DNA of 64,000 bases from Pavona decussata (lineage: Eukaryota), in contig CDRNST010000226.1 of the NCBI GenBank assembly GCA_977016875.1, forward strand, positions 1,240,001 to 1,304,000, read 5' to 3'. Each line of letters opens with the position of its first letter. Position 1 is the stretch's first letter. Shown here piece after piece: positions 1-13,400 of this stretch. The notes under the pieces are model-generated. The model did no database searches and had not been told where the DNA came from. It worked only from the letters and a program-made list of their open reading frames with translations. Both the position numbers and the translations under genes were made by a program.

Positions 1-112
1 ACAATTATCCTGTTCAATCTCGCGGAATATCCCCTGATTTTAGGCAACTCGGCCTGAGGCCTCCTCGGCTAAGTATCAGGCGATATTCCGCGCGACTTCA
101 CAGCATAATTAT
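1..112. mobile_element. Small foldback/hairpin element (possibly truncated at the window edge)
   Basis: Imperfect inverted repeat: CGCGGAATATC..CCTGAT pairs with ATCAGG..GATATTCCGCG around a central GGCC-TGA-GGCC. Confidence 0.55.
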
Positions 113-121
113 CGAATATTT

Positions 122-133
122 AACAATTATTCA

Positions 134-179
<46 letters not shown>

Positions 180-1317
180 AAGCGCCGAGTTGGCTATAAC
201 CAATCTCATATCCAACAAGCGCGAATGGAATAATTGTTTTATTAAATTCTCCCCGTTTGGATATTGATGTTGAAGTTAAAAAATTTTATTTTAAGTAAAT
301 ATTTCTTTTAAATTTAAACGACCAGATGTTGAGGCAACTTCCGAACAAAGCGCGCGAAACTTAATGATCACATGACACGCACAGCTCATTGCGAACGGAG
401 TTGAATGAAAAATCCAAAGCGAAGAAGATCGGAGACAGTCGGACATCTCAAATTCAAGAAACGTTCAAGTGTACGAGTAACAACTTTTCTGAGACAAGCA
501 TTCAAGTGCTTTTGAAGTTCCAGCTAATCGAGAAGCGTAATAGTTGTGCACATTTGAGCAAATGTTTTGTTGTGTGGTGCCGAGCGAAGGAAGGGATCAA
601 GGACGCCTTTTTTATGCTGAACTGAATTCCTCGCAGACGTTTTAAAACACTTAGGGCAAGCCGAGTCCAAGTGTCGAGGTACAACCTCACTGAGACAAGC
701 ATTCAGTGCAAGTTTTTAAACTTCAAGCTTATCAAGAAGCGTAAGAGCTGTGCACATTTGTGCAAATGTTTTACTAAGTGATGGAAACGAACATTATGGC
801 CGCCGCTCGTACAGATTTCATGGATGAACTTTTGTAACTGGAGTCCTCGTAAATGCATAGAAACAGATAGAAAGGCAGGCATTAAGCTCTTCTTGACAAA
901 AATTCTTCCATCGGTTTTAACCTCTTACCGCCAGGATTTGCAAGCCATCCTGAAATTTTTCAAGGTAACCAGTTTTTAATGTTGTTGTTGTTGTTATGTG
1001 ATCTAAATCGTAAAATCCTGCAATTTTTCTGATTTAAAAGGAAACCTCGGAGATACGTACCATTAAATAGTGTCATGCCGAACTTTGTGGCTTTTATTGT
1101 TGTCATTGTCTGGTATTTCTTTTCTTTTCTTTTTTTTCTCAATTTTTTCGAAGAAACTTTCGCTTTCCCGCCGAAAAAAGTTTTTAGCTTAGCGACACCT
1201 GGGGCAATCGTTTTCCATATAAGGTCAAACTACGGTATATGAGCTGATAACCGGGATTTAGTGAACCAATCAGAACGCTAGAAATGCAATATCCGAGGCT
1301 GAGAATTTAATAATTGT
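122..1317 (-). mobile_element. Degenerate Crypton-like (tyrosine recombinase/DUF3504-type) element in a MED24 intron
   Basis: Terminal hairpin TTGGATATGAGAT..ATAGCCAAC / GTTGGCTAT..ATCTCATATCCAA (~145-214) and inverted ends ACAATTATT/AATAATTGT. The minus-strand relic TIKATKFGMTLFN|GWL...EELNACL..FY...YKSSSMKSVRAA is split by a GT-AG intron (950-1060). Internal ~80-bp duplication at ~489-568 and ~690-772. Confidence 0.55.
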
Positions 1318-1401
1318 ATATGTTTCACACATTATTCGAACAGTACTAATTGGAGTTAGGTAATAAGCATTGTTGTCATACAGGCTATCATCGCTGAGTA
1401 C

Positions 1402-4400
1402 CTTGCAGGGAATGCTGAATTGCTGAAGAACTGATTGAGAAGTTCGTTGACTGCAGCCTGGTTTGGCGAGTGTTGGGTATCAGGAATGAAAGCGCGCCAC
1501 TTTTCAATATCTGGTATGTAACGTGAGATCCAGTTAACAACAAATGGAGTTGGTGTCTGAGTCCTAACAACATCCAGTATTACCTGAGAAAAACAACACA
1601 AAAATGACTATTGACAGCTCAGGCAGAAGACAGCAATATTAATATCCCTTTAACAACAGCATCGTTAAGTGGAGGTTGGGTGGCTGAGACATCCAGGAGC
1701 TTCCACTATTGGCAGCCAGCGCTCTTTGTTGTTAACTCAGTTAAATTTGACTGCATTTGTTAGTTTCAATATAGAGGCTACTGAACAGCTACAAACTTCC
1801 AACATAGTGCAAAACGTTAAAAACAAGACCCACCTTGCGACCGTACACCTGCGCAATATGGCATAACAGCAAAAACGACGTGTTAAATAGTTCTCCTCGG
1901 ACATTTCCTCGTTTAACTGCAACAAATTTAAAAACATTAGATCAAGCTTGAACTGGGAGGTTAAGCACGATGACCTGCAACCCACACTTTATGTTGCCAG
2001 AAGTTGTTGATTTTTCCTAAGATCCTACGCGCAAATGTGAATGTTGAATGGTTTTAATTCGCGTTTGCTTTGGTGTTGCTTTACTGCTCTCTGTGATTGG
2101 TAAACCAAAACTCGTGCCACCTTCTCAACCAATGAAAAACAAACCCAAAACCGATTGCACTCGCTCACATGCGTTTTCCCGCTTGGCACCGGTTACATGT
2201 ATTTGTTTCGAATTCTGATTGGTTTATTGTTGCTTACGTCTGTCTGTGATTGGCCAGAGTAATTACTATGGTTTTGGTTGTACGACACTCCAGTGGCGAC
2301 AATCATTTGAAAACCGCTCTAAGCCATGCAACGTAACGGTAAAAACAAGGACGGATCTGTCGCGTTCTTCTTGTTTTTCTCGCGCTACAGAGAATTAGAG
2401 GGGCAAAGAGGCTGCTGGCCGTCGAGCCGGCAGACTCCGAATCCAAAACCTGAAGACACATTTTGCCAAAGGCGAGAAAACTCAAGGACGACCAGCCCGA
2501 GACCCCAAGACAACGCAACTTTGAAAGAACGACATGGCGACACAAACTTAAGCTGGGTGATAAAACGCAAGTAAAGTTGCGCAAGAGACATTTCAGTGCA
2601 GCTGATTGAACGCAACAACGCAAATTTAGTAGAGGCATGGAAACTCCGCTGTTTTTGGACAAACATTTGCTAAATCTTAATTTAAATATTATTGAGAAGA
2701 AATGAAGTGAATTCTCAAGGAAACAAAGAACCACAATAAGTTATTTCCAATTTTAGCTAAGACGCAATGGAAGAACGTGAAAATGTCGGCCCAACAACAA
2801 TAACTATGTTCGAATTTTTCAAAAAGATATCTATTTCTATCCTCGTCGTCCGTAGCCGAAAACATCTATGAACACCTAGCCGTTTTAAACAAAGTGTGGT
2901 CATTATATTTCGGCTGCCAATGATGAAGACGTGTCCTTTGGATTTCAAAGTGTGACTAAGAATAGACAATGTTCCTTTCAAGCATATTAATGTCGACTTG
3001 CCCAACAGTGAAAAATTAGGGACCTTAAGCAGCGACAACGACAACGACAACGAGAACGTCAGAAAACAATAGTTTTAATTAGCAAAACACTGGCTCTGCA
3101 TGTGCATTATACATTTTGGTACATTTCTTTGCCGTCCTCTGCAAAACAACAACGTGAAATGACCAAATTTAAGGTTTTATGGAGAACGTGACTGACGCTT
3201 GATGATTAATTTTCCTTTCTCTTTCTGGACTTTAAAGGCGCCCCTACGACGTTAGCTCCTCGACAGTTCGGCCACATTACACAAACTGAGAGAGTATAAA
3301 TCATCGCGAATTTATTCAGAAGATGCGAAGGCGATTTTTTAAGTGCGGTTTCCGTCGGCGTCGTCGTCGTCTCTGCTTAAGGTCCCTATTATCAACACCT
3401 AGCGCCCGAAGTTGGGCTTGATTAAAATGACACAGGTCATTGCAAGCACAGAAAAAAAAAACATGCAGTGACTAAACGGAGTAGAAAATCGAAGCAAGTC
3501 AGAAACTTAAGTCTTCTTGCCAGCTTCCGTTAACGTCGTTAACTCGCAGGAGCAGGACCAATAATTATTTAAATACATAATTTCTTTGCCTACAGTGTAA
3601 ATGCACTAATCTCAATAAGATTGGCTGGTGATTAAATTAACCACTAGCAGCTACTTAATTGTGTTTGTACGTCAAACTAACCGTCTTCTTTGTCTGTGGC
3701 TGCGTGGACAGATTGATCAGACACTCTATGAGCACAAAACAAACAAAAAATAAAATCAGAGGAAATCCACCAAAATAACCCACAACTGCAGTAACAAAAT
3801 TGAATTGATTTTTGAACATCAGACTTCTTGAAGAACAACTCAAGGTAGACGATTAACAGTTGAAAATTCTTACTTAACAAGTCCTCTGATAAGGTTTGGA
3901 AGTTTTCCCACACTTGCTGCTGCAACAGTCATCCATCTAAACTTTTCCAAATTCAACAGTGGGTTCAAAAATTTCTCATCACGGCTGCTGAGATCAGATT
4001 CCTCCAGAGCCTGGGAACATGATGATGACCATAATGAGAAATTTTGGTCAAGTACACTAACTTCAGGTACTGGGGGAAGACTGTCCAGCTTAAAACAGCT
4101 GGGAAAATACGACAACCAGCAGTGTGATGATGGAAACAGTGACGAGGATGGCGATGATAATGGCGATGGAGATAGTGGCATTGCTGTTGATAATGGCGAC
4201 AATGGCAATGATGGTGATGACGATGGTGATAATGATGATGATAACAGAGACATTTAGAAATACGTTTACGCCAAACAGAAGAGGCAGAAATGACCATGTG
4301 ACCATGTTTATCTTATATTTGCTGCTCGCTGTTTTCAGCTTCTCAGTAAAATTCAGTAGTTTTGGGTTAGCATCAAAGGCCAGAATTATTTTGCACCATT

Positions 4401-7223
4401 CTCATTTAAGTACTTATTTTTTCAAGAAAACATAAACGCGAGTCTCAATTTTGCTGTTTGCCGTAAGCATAATTCTAAATCTGACTAATAACGATGATGA
4501 CAATGACGATGGCGGTCATGATAGTAAGGATAACTTTGGCAACAAGTGGAAGATGATGACAACTACCAGAAAATGTAACGCTGGCAACATGACACTGATA
4601 ATGCTGACAACAACAGCAACAACAAAGATTATTAGAACGATGATAATGCCACAGGCAACAGGTATAAGAAAAGAAAGAACAAATTTTTACTTACCTCAAC
4701 GATATCAAGAATTCTGTTCTCTGAAACCAAAATCAGAAAAGTTGTCTAAAAGTCGGTAGATAAATGAAACAGGCAAAATAACATTTTATTTACCACCAAT
4801 AATCCTTTTATTTCAGTCATCTATTTAAGAATCGCTCAATGCAATTGCCTTTAGTTAGTTACTGACACCTACCGGCATCCTGGATTTGTTGAGCAGGGAG
4901 ATGAGACATCTGACTGTTTAAAATATCTTTAACTTCAGGTGACGAGAACTCCTGTCTACAAGACAAAAGAACAACGAGATACAGTAGAGGAACCAACTTT
5001 GACATGAGAATCTTGGTAAATTTTTTTGGAAAGCTGAATCGATTAAATTCATGATGATGATGATGATGATTATTATTATTATTATTATCATTGTTACGCC
5101 CTTATTGCAGATTTTCTACATTGTCTATTTTTATCACATATTTTTTAACAAGAAACCAAAAGGCTACACTGTCAGTTAAGTTAATAAAGAAATTCAATGC
5201 AAGTATCATTCTGTAAAACAACACACTGGCTACAAGTACTGTAGATTCTTTTCAGAGAATAGAGAGATTTAATAGAATCACATTTACAGCAATTGGCAAA
5301 TGTGAGATTCACGTTTATGTTTTCTTGAAAAAAATAGTACATGGATGAGAATAATGCAAAATAATTCTGGCCTTTGATGCTAACACAAAACTACTCAATT
5401 TTACATTGAAACTGAAAATAGTGAGCAGCAGCATAAATGTTATTCTTAATCTCTCTCATATGACAATATTGGTGTCAGGTATTTTAAAATATTGGAAAAC
5501 ATGTCAAAGAAAATAACAAGAAAACACACCTCTGAGAGATGAGTTGTTCCATCCTATCTGTCACCTGTTGATTGAGACCTTTGCAATATTGTTGAACCAC
5601 ATCTTTATAACAGTTACATCTACAAGACAGAACGTATAATAAGTAAAATTAGGGGTCAACAAGCAAGAACACCTCCAAATTCACTTTTTGACTTTCTTTT
5701 CACAAACAATGTATTGCAAATTGCACAAAAAACAGCTTTCTTTAGTTGTCAAAATATTGCTAGATTAAGGTTGATATAACTACAGTATACTTTAAACAAA
5801 GCCAGCCCTGCACTAGTTTCTTTCTTCAACCTTTACAGCACAAAGATACTACACTGTACGTGTTTAGTGTAGTGAAATCCTTACACATCTAGCCCACAAT
5901 GCTGACAAAAAGTAAAACATTAATATGGATTGACATTTAGCATGCAGAGTGCACAGCGCATGCAAAAACTGTGCAACCTGGTAGTTTCAATTAGCTTGCA
6001 GTCTAAGAATGTCATTAACTTCTAAAGCAAGGGATGTACCACCCCTCCCCTTAAGTTGATCTCCTCACTGACAAATTGTGCTAAAAAAATCCAACCTGCA
6101 CTTAATGTCCGCATCATTTAGCAGAGGGGTAAACTGCAGCAGCTGTTGAAAGGCACTGAGTGCGGTGGAGTGCTCGCCAGAACCAGGCTGGAGTTGAAGA
6201 AGAAACTGAGATCTGCTCTCCAGGATGCGCATCACTGTTGGAACCTAATGACAAACAATACTGTTATTAGTTCTGTGACAGAGAGACTGATTTCGAAAGT
6301 CAAGAAAATGCCTAGATATGCAATAAATCACGGACATGACGATTAAAATGCTTTGTGAATTTTGTGATTTTGGCCTCAAAATCCACATTATTTTCTTCAA
6401 ACTGTGAAGTTCCAGAAAAAAAATCCATACCCACCCCTTGGAAGGTCATCAGAAGTCCCTAGGGGGAGGGGGTCTTAAAACTCAACATTTTAGAAGCAAA
6501 GTATGAAGCTAAACTTGAATTTCCTAGGGGGATGGGAGTGCAAAACAAAACCTTCCATGGGGGAGTACTAGGGATATTATCTGGAACTTAACATTACATG
6601 TAGCTGTTAATTATTATAAGTGTTCAAATTGGTCAAGACATGTAAGTGTGAGAAATAGTTCTGTATTGATTTGACACATCAGGCCCCGGTTGTTCAAAAA
6701 GCAGCTAACTTTATTTAGAAGATAAGTTGCTATCCAGGGGACAAACCGCTGGATAGTGTTTTATCCACTGGATAGAGTTATCCGCTCTTCGGACAACCAG
6801 AGCCAGTTTGACAAATTAGTGTATGCATGACTTTTGCAAGTACAGTGTAAGTCAGGAAACTAAAACCAACAAGAATCCAATTGCTTCTTTCTTTCTTTTC
6901 CTTACTTGTTTGTTTGTTTGTTTGTTTTTAGCTTATACATGTAAAAATAGATGTTGAAAATAAATCACTCAAGTTTCATTTGGGTTGCTTTATGAGCCTA
7001 TGATACTGTCAAAACAATAGAGGCAGAGGACAATATTGACTTGCCTTAAGAAACAAAAATCCTATCCATAATATTGATTCCAATGATCTTTCAGGAGTTT
7101 GTAATATTCCCACCATGGCAGACCTCAGAAACTCCAAGTACAACTGATGTCGAGCTACATTCTTCATAAAAGGAACAAAGGATAAATTCACTTCAGTTTT
7201 TAATTCACCAAGGATTTTTCTTC

Positions 7224-7264
<41 letters not shown>

Positions 7265-7413
7265 TCTCTTTATTAAAATATTCCAAGCAGAATAATTATT
7301 GATATTTACAAGTTAAAAGTAGAAAATTAAAAAACTATTTACAATCCAATTGCGATTAAAAAAAGAAAGTATTTTGAAGCACAACAGAGCTATTTTCAAG
7401 CACAATTTTTTTA

Positions 7414-7462
<49 letters not shown>

Positions 7463-10400
7463 GTAATAATAATCATCATCATCATCATCATCATAATATA
7501 ATAACAATCTTTATACAGGGAGCCCACATCACGAAAGTGACATTTAAGTTTGTTTTGAGTAAGGTTAAACACATTGTAAAGCAAAAAAGGTTTTTCCTTG
7601 AGCACAGTGCAAAAGATGTACCACTACAGAGACCAGAAAACAGTTGAATGTATAAAATCGGTCATATGAACTGGTCTTGGACTGCCAACAATATCTTTAT
7701 GTTACAGGGATGTTGCTAAGAACTGGTTACTGGCAAATTTCACTTTCTGAAAGAGATATCTTTTCACTAGCTGAAATTCCAACAGAAGACAAATACTTGA
7801 GGCTAAGTTTAGAGGTGTGCACACACTCCAAAAGAATAGGCTGGTTTATAAATGAGCCTCCTGAAGTTTTTCTTAGCTACATCCCTGATGTTATAATTTT
7901 CTCTTGGCATGACTATGGCAGCTTATCAAGCATTGACTGAGGCAGATACAGTGTGGATACCATCATGGACACTTTCCATTTGTCAGCATTGGGGACCTGC
8001 CAGAGATGCAAGAGGAATGGGTCATTTTGAAAGGACAATTTCACAAATTAAAGCTTCAAACTTGAACAAATTACCAAAAAATGTTGCACATCATTTTGAA
8101 GAACTTTGACAGACTTCATGTTATAGCATAAGTTGTATAATCAGACCTTTCAACTGGTGCATTCTGCTTACAAACTGACTAGTTCAGCCAGCCAGTTCTG
8201 GCAAGTGGAAAGTGCCCTCGACTAATGCTTCCAGAATGTTATACCTGAGTATGCATTATACTGTCCATAACATCAGCGACTTGCTCTGGGGTGTACGAGG
8301 GATTTATAAAGACCTGAAATTTAAGGAGGTATACACATTTCATTTAGAAATTTCCACTTACATATGATACCAGTTTGTTAACGTGGCTAAACACAGTTTA
8401 GTAATATCTATGCCTCATAGCTGTACCTGAAACTGAGTAATAATCTGGATGGCTATGTTAGGAACACGACCTGGACTGATGTCACTACTGCCAGGTGAAG
8501 AGTTCAAACTCTGCAATCTTAACAAAGAAATGCAATAATGTTTTATAAGTGGCATGGGTGTAAACAACATTAGATAGATCAAAAGAGAATCAAATGTGGC
8601 AGAAGTAATGAGTTGCAAAATAAATATATTACAATTTATTCAACATTTGAGGCCTTTCACATGAAAACAGACATTAATGGATATCCATTCGAATGGAAAA
8701 ATGCACAGCTAGTTAACGAATAACAAAATGGATCCAGGGACAAGCCATTTTAAAGGGATACTGTGAACAGATGAATAGCTTCAGGAAGAAATTTTTGAAC
8801 AGCTCACAGTGAACGGATGAATGGCTAAGGAAAAATTGTGAACAGCATTAACACAATGGCATTGAACATTATTTTGGTGCTTAACAAAATAACAAATTAT
8901 GTTGAAAAACATTGTTTTGCAGTAAGCTGTTCCAGAAAATATCCATAACCACTCCATGGAAAGCTAATGGAAATTCTACGAGTAAGCAAGGTCTTAAAAA
9001 CCAGTTGAGGGTTTTTTAAAGGAAAGTGTGAAGCTATGTTGGAATTTCTAGAGTGTGTGGTGTGGAAACAAAGAAACTTTTTTGTGAGAGGGGTATGGAT
9101 ATTTTCCAGAACAACACACTGAGGATTCAAAGTAAGATTTCGGCCATTGAGAGATGAAGAAAATAAAGAAGATTTTGAAATAAAACCACAAACTTAACCT
9201 AAATTTAATAACTGACAATAATCTTACATGTATTCTAGATCAAAACCAAACAAAATTGCCCTTTTTTTTGACAAGATGCTCTTCATTGCAAATTTAATTT
9301 GTTCTCTAGAATAATTTCACCAGGTTTTAAACTTGTGGCCTTCAACAGCAACAACTGTGCTAACAAGTATTTCTCAATAACTACACAATGACTGTACCTG
9401 TTGAAATTCACCATTAGCTCTTTGCAATGGAGCTGAACTTCAGGGATAACCACTTCAGGTTGTGTCATCACAAGGTCCTTCAGGAGAGCTTGCAGCTGAA
9501 TGTCTAATTCAGAAGCTGTAGCTAATGACAAATGAAAATAAATAATAAAAGCAATTCACACCAAGCCAAATGTTGATTTATTTCAGGAGAGGAGAGGAGA
9601 GGAGAGAGCTGGTGGGATGACTCTCCTCCTCATCCTAATTAAGTAATTTCTAACTACATGCAGGAAGCTCTTTGTTGCATGTTTTGGCTGGTAAAAATAA
9701 ACTGAATCAATACCAACAGACAAGGCTTCTTCTGGGGGGAGGGAACGGACTGTGCCTGAAAAGGGTACCTTTTTCAGTGTGGAGGTATAAAAAAGTGTAG
9801 GGATTTCATGAACTGAAGTATAGAAAAGGTACAGGAATTTAACTGTCATTTAGGTATTTAAAGGGCCCTTCAAATATCTTGCAGACCCACTGGAAAGAGA
9901 TCCAATGTTCCTACAGCTGTAGGTATGTGAAAAGGGTAACATTTTCTATGGCTCCAACACAAGACACCTTTTGTGTTGATTGAAAATAGTTATAAAAGGG
10001 TAACAGTTTGGACCTCGTGGTGGAGCCCTTGGGGGATTCTTTGCAAAGTTTACAACAGCCATCCTTGCAATATAAATTTATTTGGCACAAAACTAATTTA
10101 AAGTACATAGAACAACTAAATCACACCTTGATCCTCCTTCTTGCCAACAATAACCAAAGCTCTGTATGATACTGTACCCATCAGATGCCCAAACGCTCTG
10201 TTGCATTTTCCAACATTGGACAGGTGAAATGGAACATCAACACCTCCAGAACGACGAACAGACTGGATTGTTAGACAAGAACACAATATGTCTATAAGGC
10301 ATTATACCACTCGTATTCCCATCAACCCCACCCACTGGAGATTTACTACTTTTTGTTCCCTACTGTTGGATATGCATTTCTTATGGTTGTAGTTTGGAGA

Positions 10401-13400
10401 ATTTGTTTGAACATCAAGACATTAATTATTTTGATCTTCATTCTTTCATTCATTCTCATTACCAACATACAGTATTTGATCATTTCAAGTAGTGATAATA
10501 CTGTGCAATAAATGTGGTTATGTTTTTAAGCCCGATGAATGGATGATAGATGCATTTTGTTTCAGTCTGTAACACAGGCAATGCATACTCTGAAAAAAAA
10601 ATCAGAGTTCTTCAACAGGAAGATGGGCCTTAAGCTCCCACAAGTCTCCCGTAGCTCAGTGGTAGAGCATCCAAACTAGTAATGAGAAAGTCTTAGGTTC
10701 GACTCCTCTTGGGAGAACTGAGATTTTCTTTCCTAGTATGCCTGTGTCACTGAGAGAAAAATGTATCTCATAATAATATTGTAAGGAGAAATTACATGCT
10801 ATTGAGGTTTAAAGGGTTAATAATATTTTTATAAACTGTTATGTGAGGCACAGTGTACAAACCTCAATGCATAACTTCAGAAGCCTTGTAACAACAATTA
10901 GCAGCCAGTATACAATCTTAACCAATGAAACGGCAAACCTCAAGCATTCTTCGTCTGTATCAGGGCAACTAAAGCAAAAATTCACAAATAGAAGTAACAT
11001 CTCATATACATGGATTCTGTGACAATTATTATTGAAGGGATGCCTGGGGAAAAGCCCTAAGTGACTTCTGATAAATTGCTAGATTCACCTTTTTAAATTG
11101 CCTTGTATTCACTTGTGAAACAAAAGGAGAATTTGACCTTACATCAAAAGTCACATGGCCATATTCTGAGTACCCCTTCAATTTATAGCTTGAGTACATG
11201 GTATTGAAAGCTACGCTACTTATAAACTTTTAATAAGGCTACCATGAAAAAATAACCTTTAGTCAATTTTTGTTAAGGAAATTATAAAATAAGGAAAAGA
11301 CACCGCCACCCAATACCTTTTACAGTGTATTTCAAACATGGTCACTTTTTAGGACTAGCTACTTCATCCACAGACTCTATAGCTAGAATCACCTTGCACA
11401 GGATAATAGACAGCACCACAGAAACATGATTCAACAGCTATTATTTGCTTGAGTTGTCAATCTTTAGAATTTTAACAACAAGAGATGCTTAGTAATGCTG
11501 TACATTAGTACCCCTTTCTACTGTAGACATGTACAATAAACATACCAAAAGAAAGTACTGTTCAGTAACCAGTTGTATAAAAAAATAATGTAATTGTTTA
11601 ATACCCATGGAGCACCAAAGGGCTCATGTCTAGGAACTGGTTCAAAGGTAACTGTGCATTCCAGATCGAATTTGAATTTGGAAATGTTGGTTTTTGTGGA
11701 GAGAGTTAAACCCAAGTAACTGGAGAATACCATCAGAGCAGGGACAAGAACCAACAACAAGCACAACCCACAAATGACATCAACTCTGGGAATTTAACCG
11801 GCCCATATTAGTGGGAGGCGAGTGCTCTCAACACTGCACCACATTACTTTTGAGTCTTACATATTTCAGTTTATTGTTTTGGTCCTTACCTTATTGTTGG
11901 TGCAAAACTAAGTAGGAGATCAAGCAAAGCTGACAAACACTTGTGCTTCACAACATTTTGAAACTGTAAAAAAAATAGTGACAAGCACAAACACAGATAT
12001 AAAAGATCCTGAGCTACTATTCATGACAAATTAGCACTGTTATGAAACTGGACAACAATAAGTTAAGACACTTTTTTGTAATTAACCAAACTCATAACAT
12101 CAGTTTACAGTAAAATTCAATCTGGGTTACACCAACCCACAAGGACTTTATTAATACCTGCTGAACTGCTGTCAAGGCTGATGAACAGGGAATAACCTGG
12201 AAATTAAAAGCAACATCACATCTTAACCCTTTAAGCCCCAGTATCAACATAAATATTCTCCTTACTGTTCATGATTGGTTTTTTATAGTACTAGTTGAGA
12301 GAATTTGTTTCAACATCAGGAAGATTTATCCTTATTGATCATTTCCTTTATTTTCATGACTTGTATTGTTGATTAACTAGCGATTTTGTAAGGAGAAAAG
12401 GTCACTACTGGGAATTAAGAAGGGCCACTTGTCACGTGTCTAATGATTGGTCATAAAATAATACTATTTGTAAGCTATTTATGAAACAAAGAAATTGCAA
12501 AATAATAAAAGACAGAACATTTCAGAATTTAGGTGGTTGTTTACAGAAAATAATCACTTACAAAATACCATACCATAAAGTGTTGAATATATGTCCCTCC
12601 CCCCTGAAAATACATGAAAGTCCCCCTCCCCCTCCAAATATAATTTCCCAAATCTCTGGCAATGAAATCCTTCTCATAATACATGCAAGCCCCTGGACTG
12701 TTACGGTAAGCCGTTTTTAGGTAATACCTAAGCTTAGCATTTTACACTGTTTTCATTGTTTAAACTAGCCAATTTTGTAATAAAAAATTCCCTAGAAACT
12801 CATGCTTGCGTCAGTAGGTGCACATTCAAATATCTGCAGTTGACTACTCAAAGATCACATATCTATCGACCTAAAGTTATAACGTGATTCTAACAATACC
12901 TTGGTGGTAATTCCATGATTAAGATAAGATAATATCAAAGAGCTTGGTGTACTCCCAAACGTGGCCTGCTGTACAAGGCATCCTGCAAAGGGGGCAAAGT
13001 AATTATAATTGCAACAAGACTCAAATTTCAGAGGTCATCAGGGTCGAGTTATTCGAAACCTGATCAGCACTTAACTTAAATCCTGTGAACAAAACTAAGT
13101 TGTTATGGTTGCAGTTCACCTGCCGTGATTAGCACTAATCAAGCTTCCAATTACTTGGCTCGGAAGGTGCAGAATTTATTGTATAATAATAGGTTGACTC
13201 CTCTCTAAGGGATGACCTGCATTGTCTGCAACATCTCACGTTACTGGTTAAGTTTTAGTTGAATAGTGTTTAAGCTTAACGTAGCTAATAATTGTAATAA
13301 TTCATAAGCTTCCTGCTCGTATGAAAACATTCCAAATTTTTTCAGTAATCACCTGCTAAGTCCTGGAGGTCTCTTTTATCCTTCCCTGCTAACTTTTTTA

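Noticed and set aside
1356-1401. Apparent stop of the MED24 ORF (...MTTMLIT*)
   Set aside because: A donor (AG|GTACTC) lies at 1401 and homology predicts roughly 400 more residues, so this is read-through into an intron.
3965-4759. His-, Met- and Ile-rich ORFs of 70-110 aa
   Set aside because: They are translations of (GAT)n low-complexity intron DNA.
7313-7605. Poly-Tyr and poly-Ile ORFs
   Set aside because: They are translations of the (AAT)n microsatellite.
7677-8109. Two plus-strand ORFs inside a MED24 intron
   Set aside because: No recognisable domain or coherent splice structure. A decayed fragment cannot be excluded.
10645-10716. Functional tRNA-Thr gene
   Set aside because: The anticodon stem does not pair and the unit is embedded in a repeat, so it is treated as tRNA-derived.
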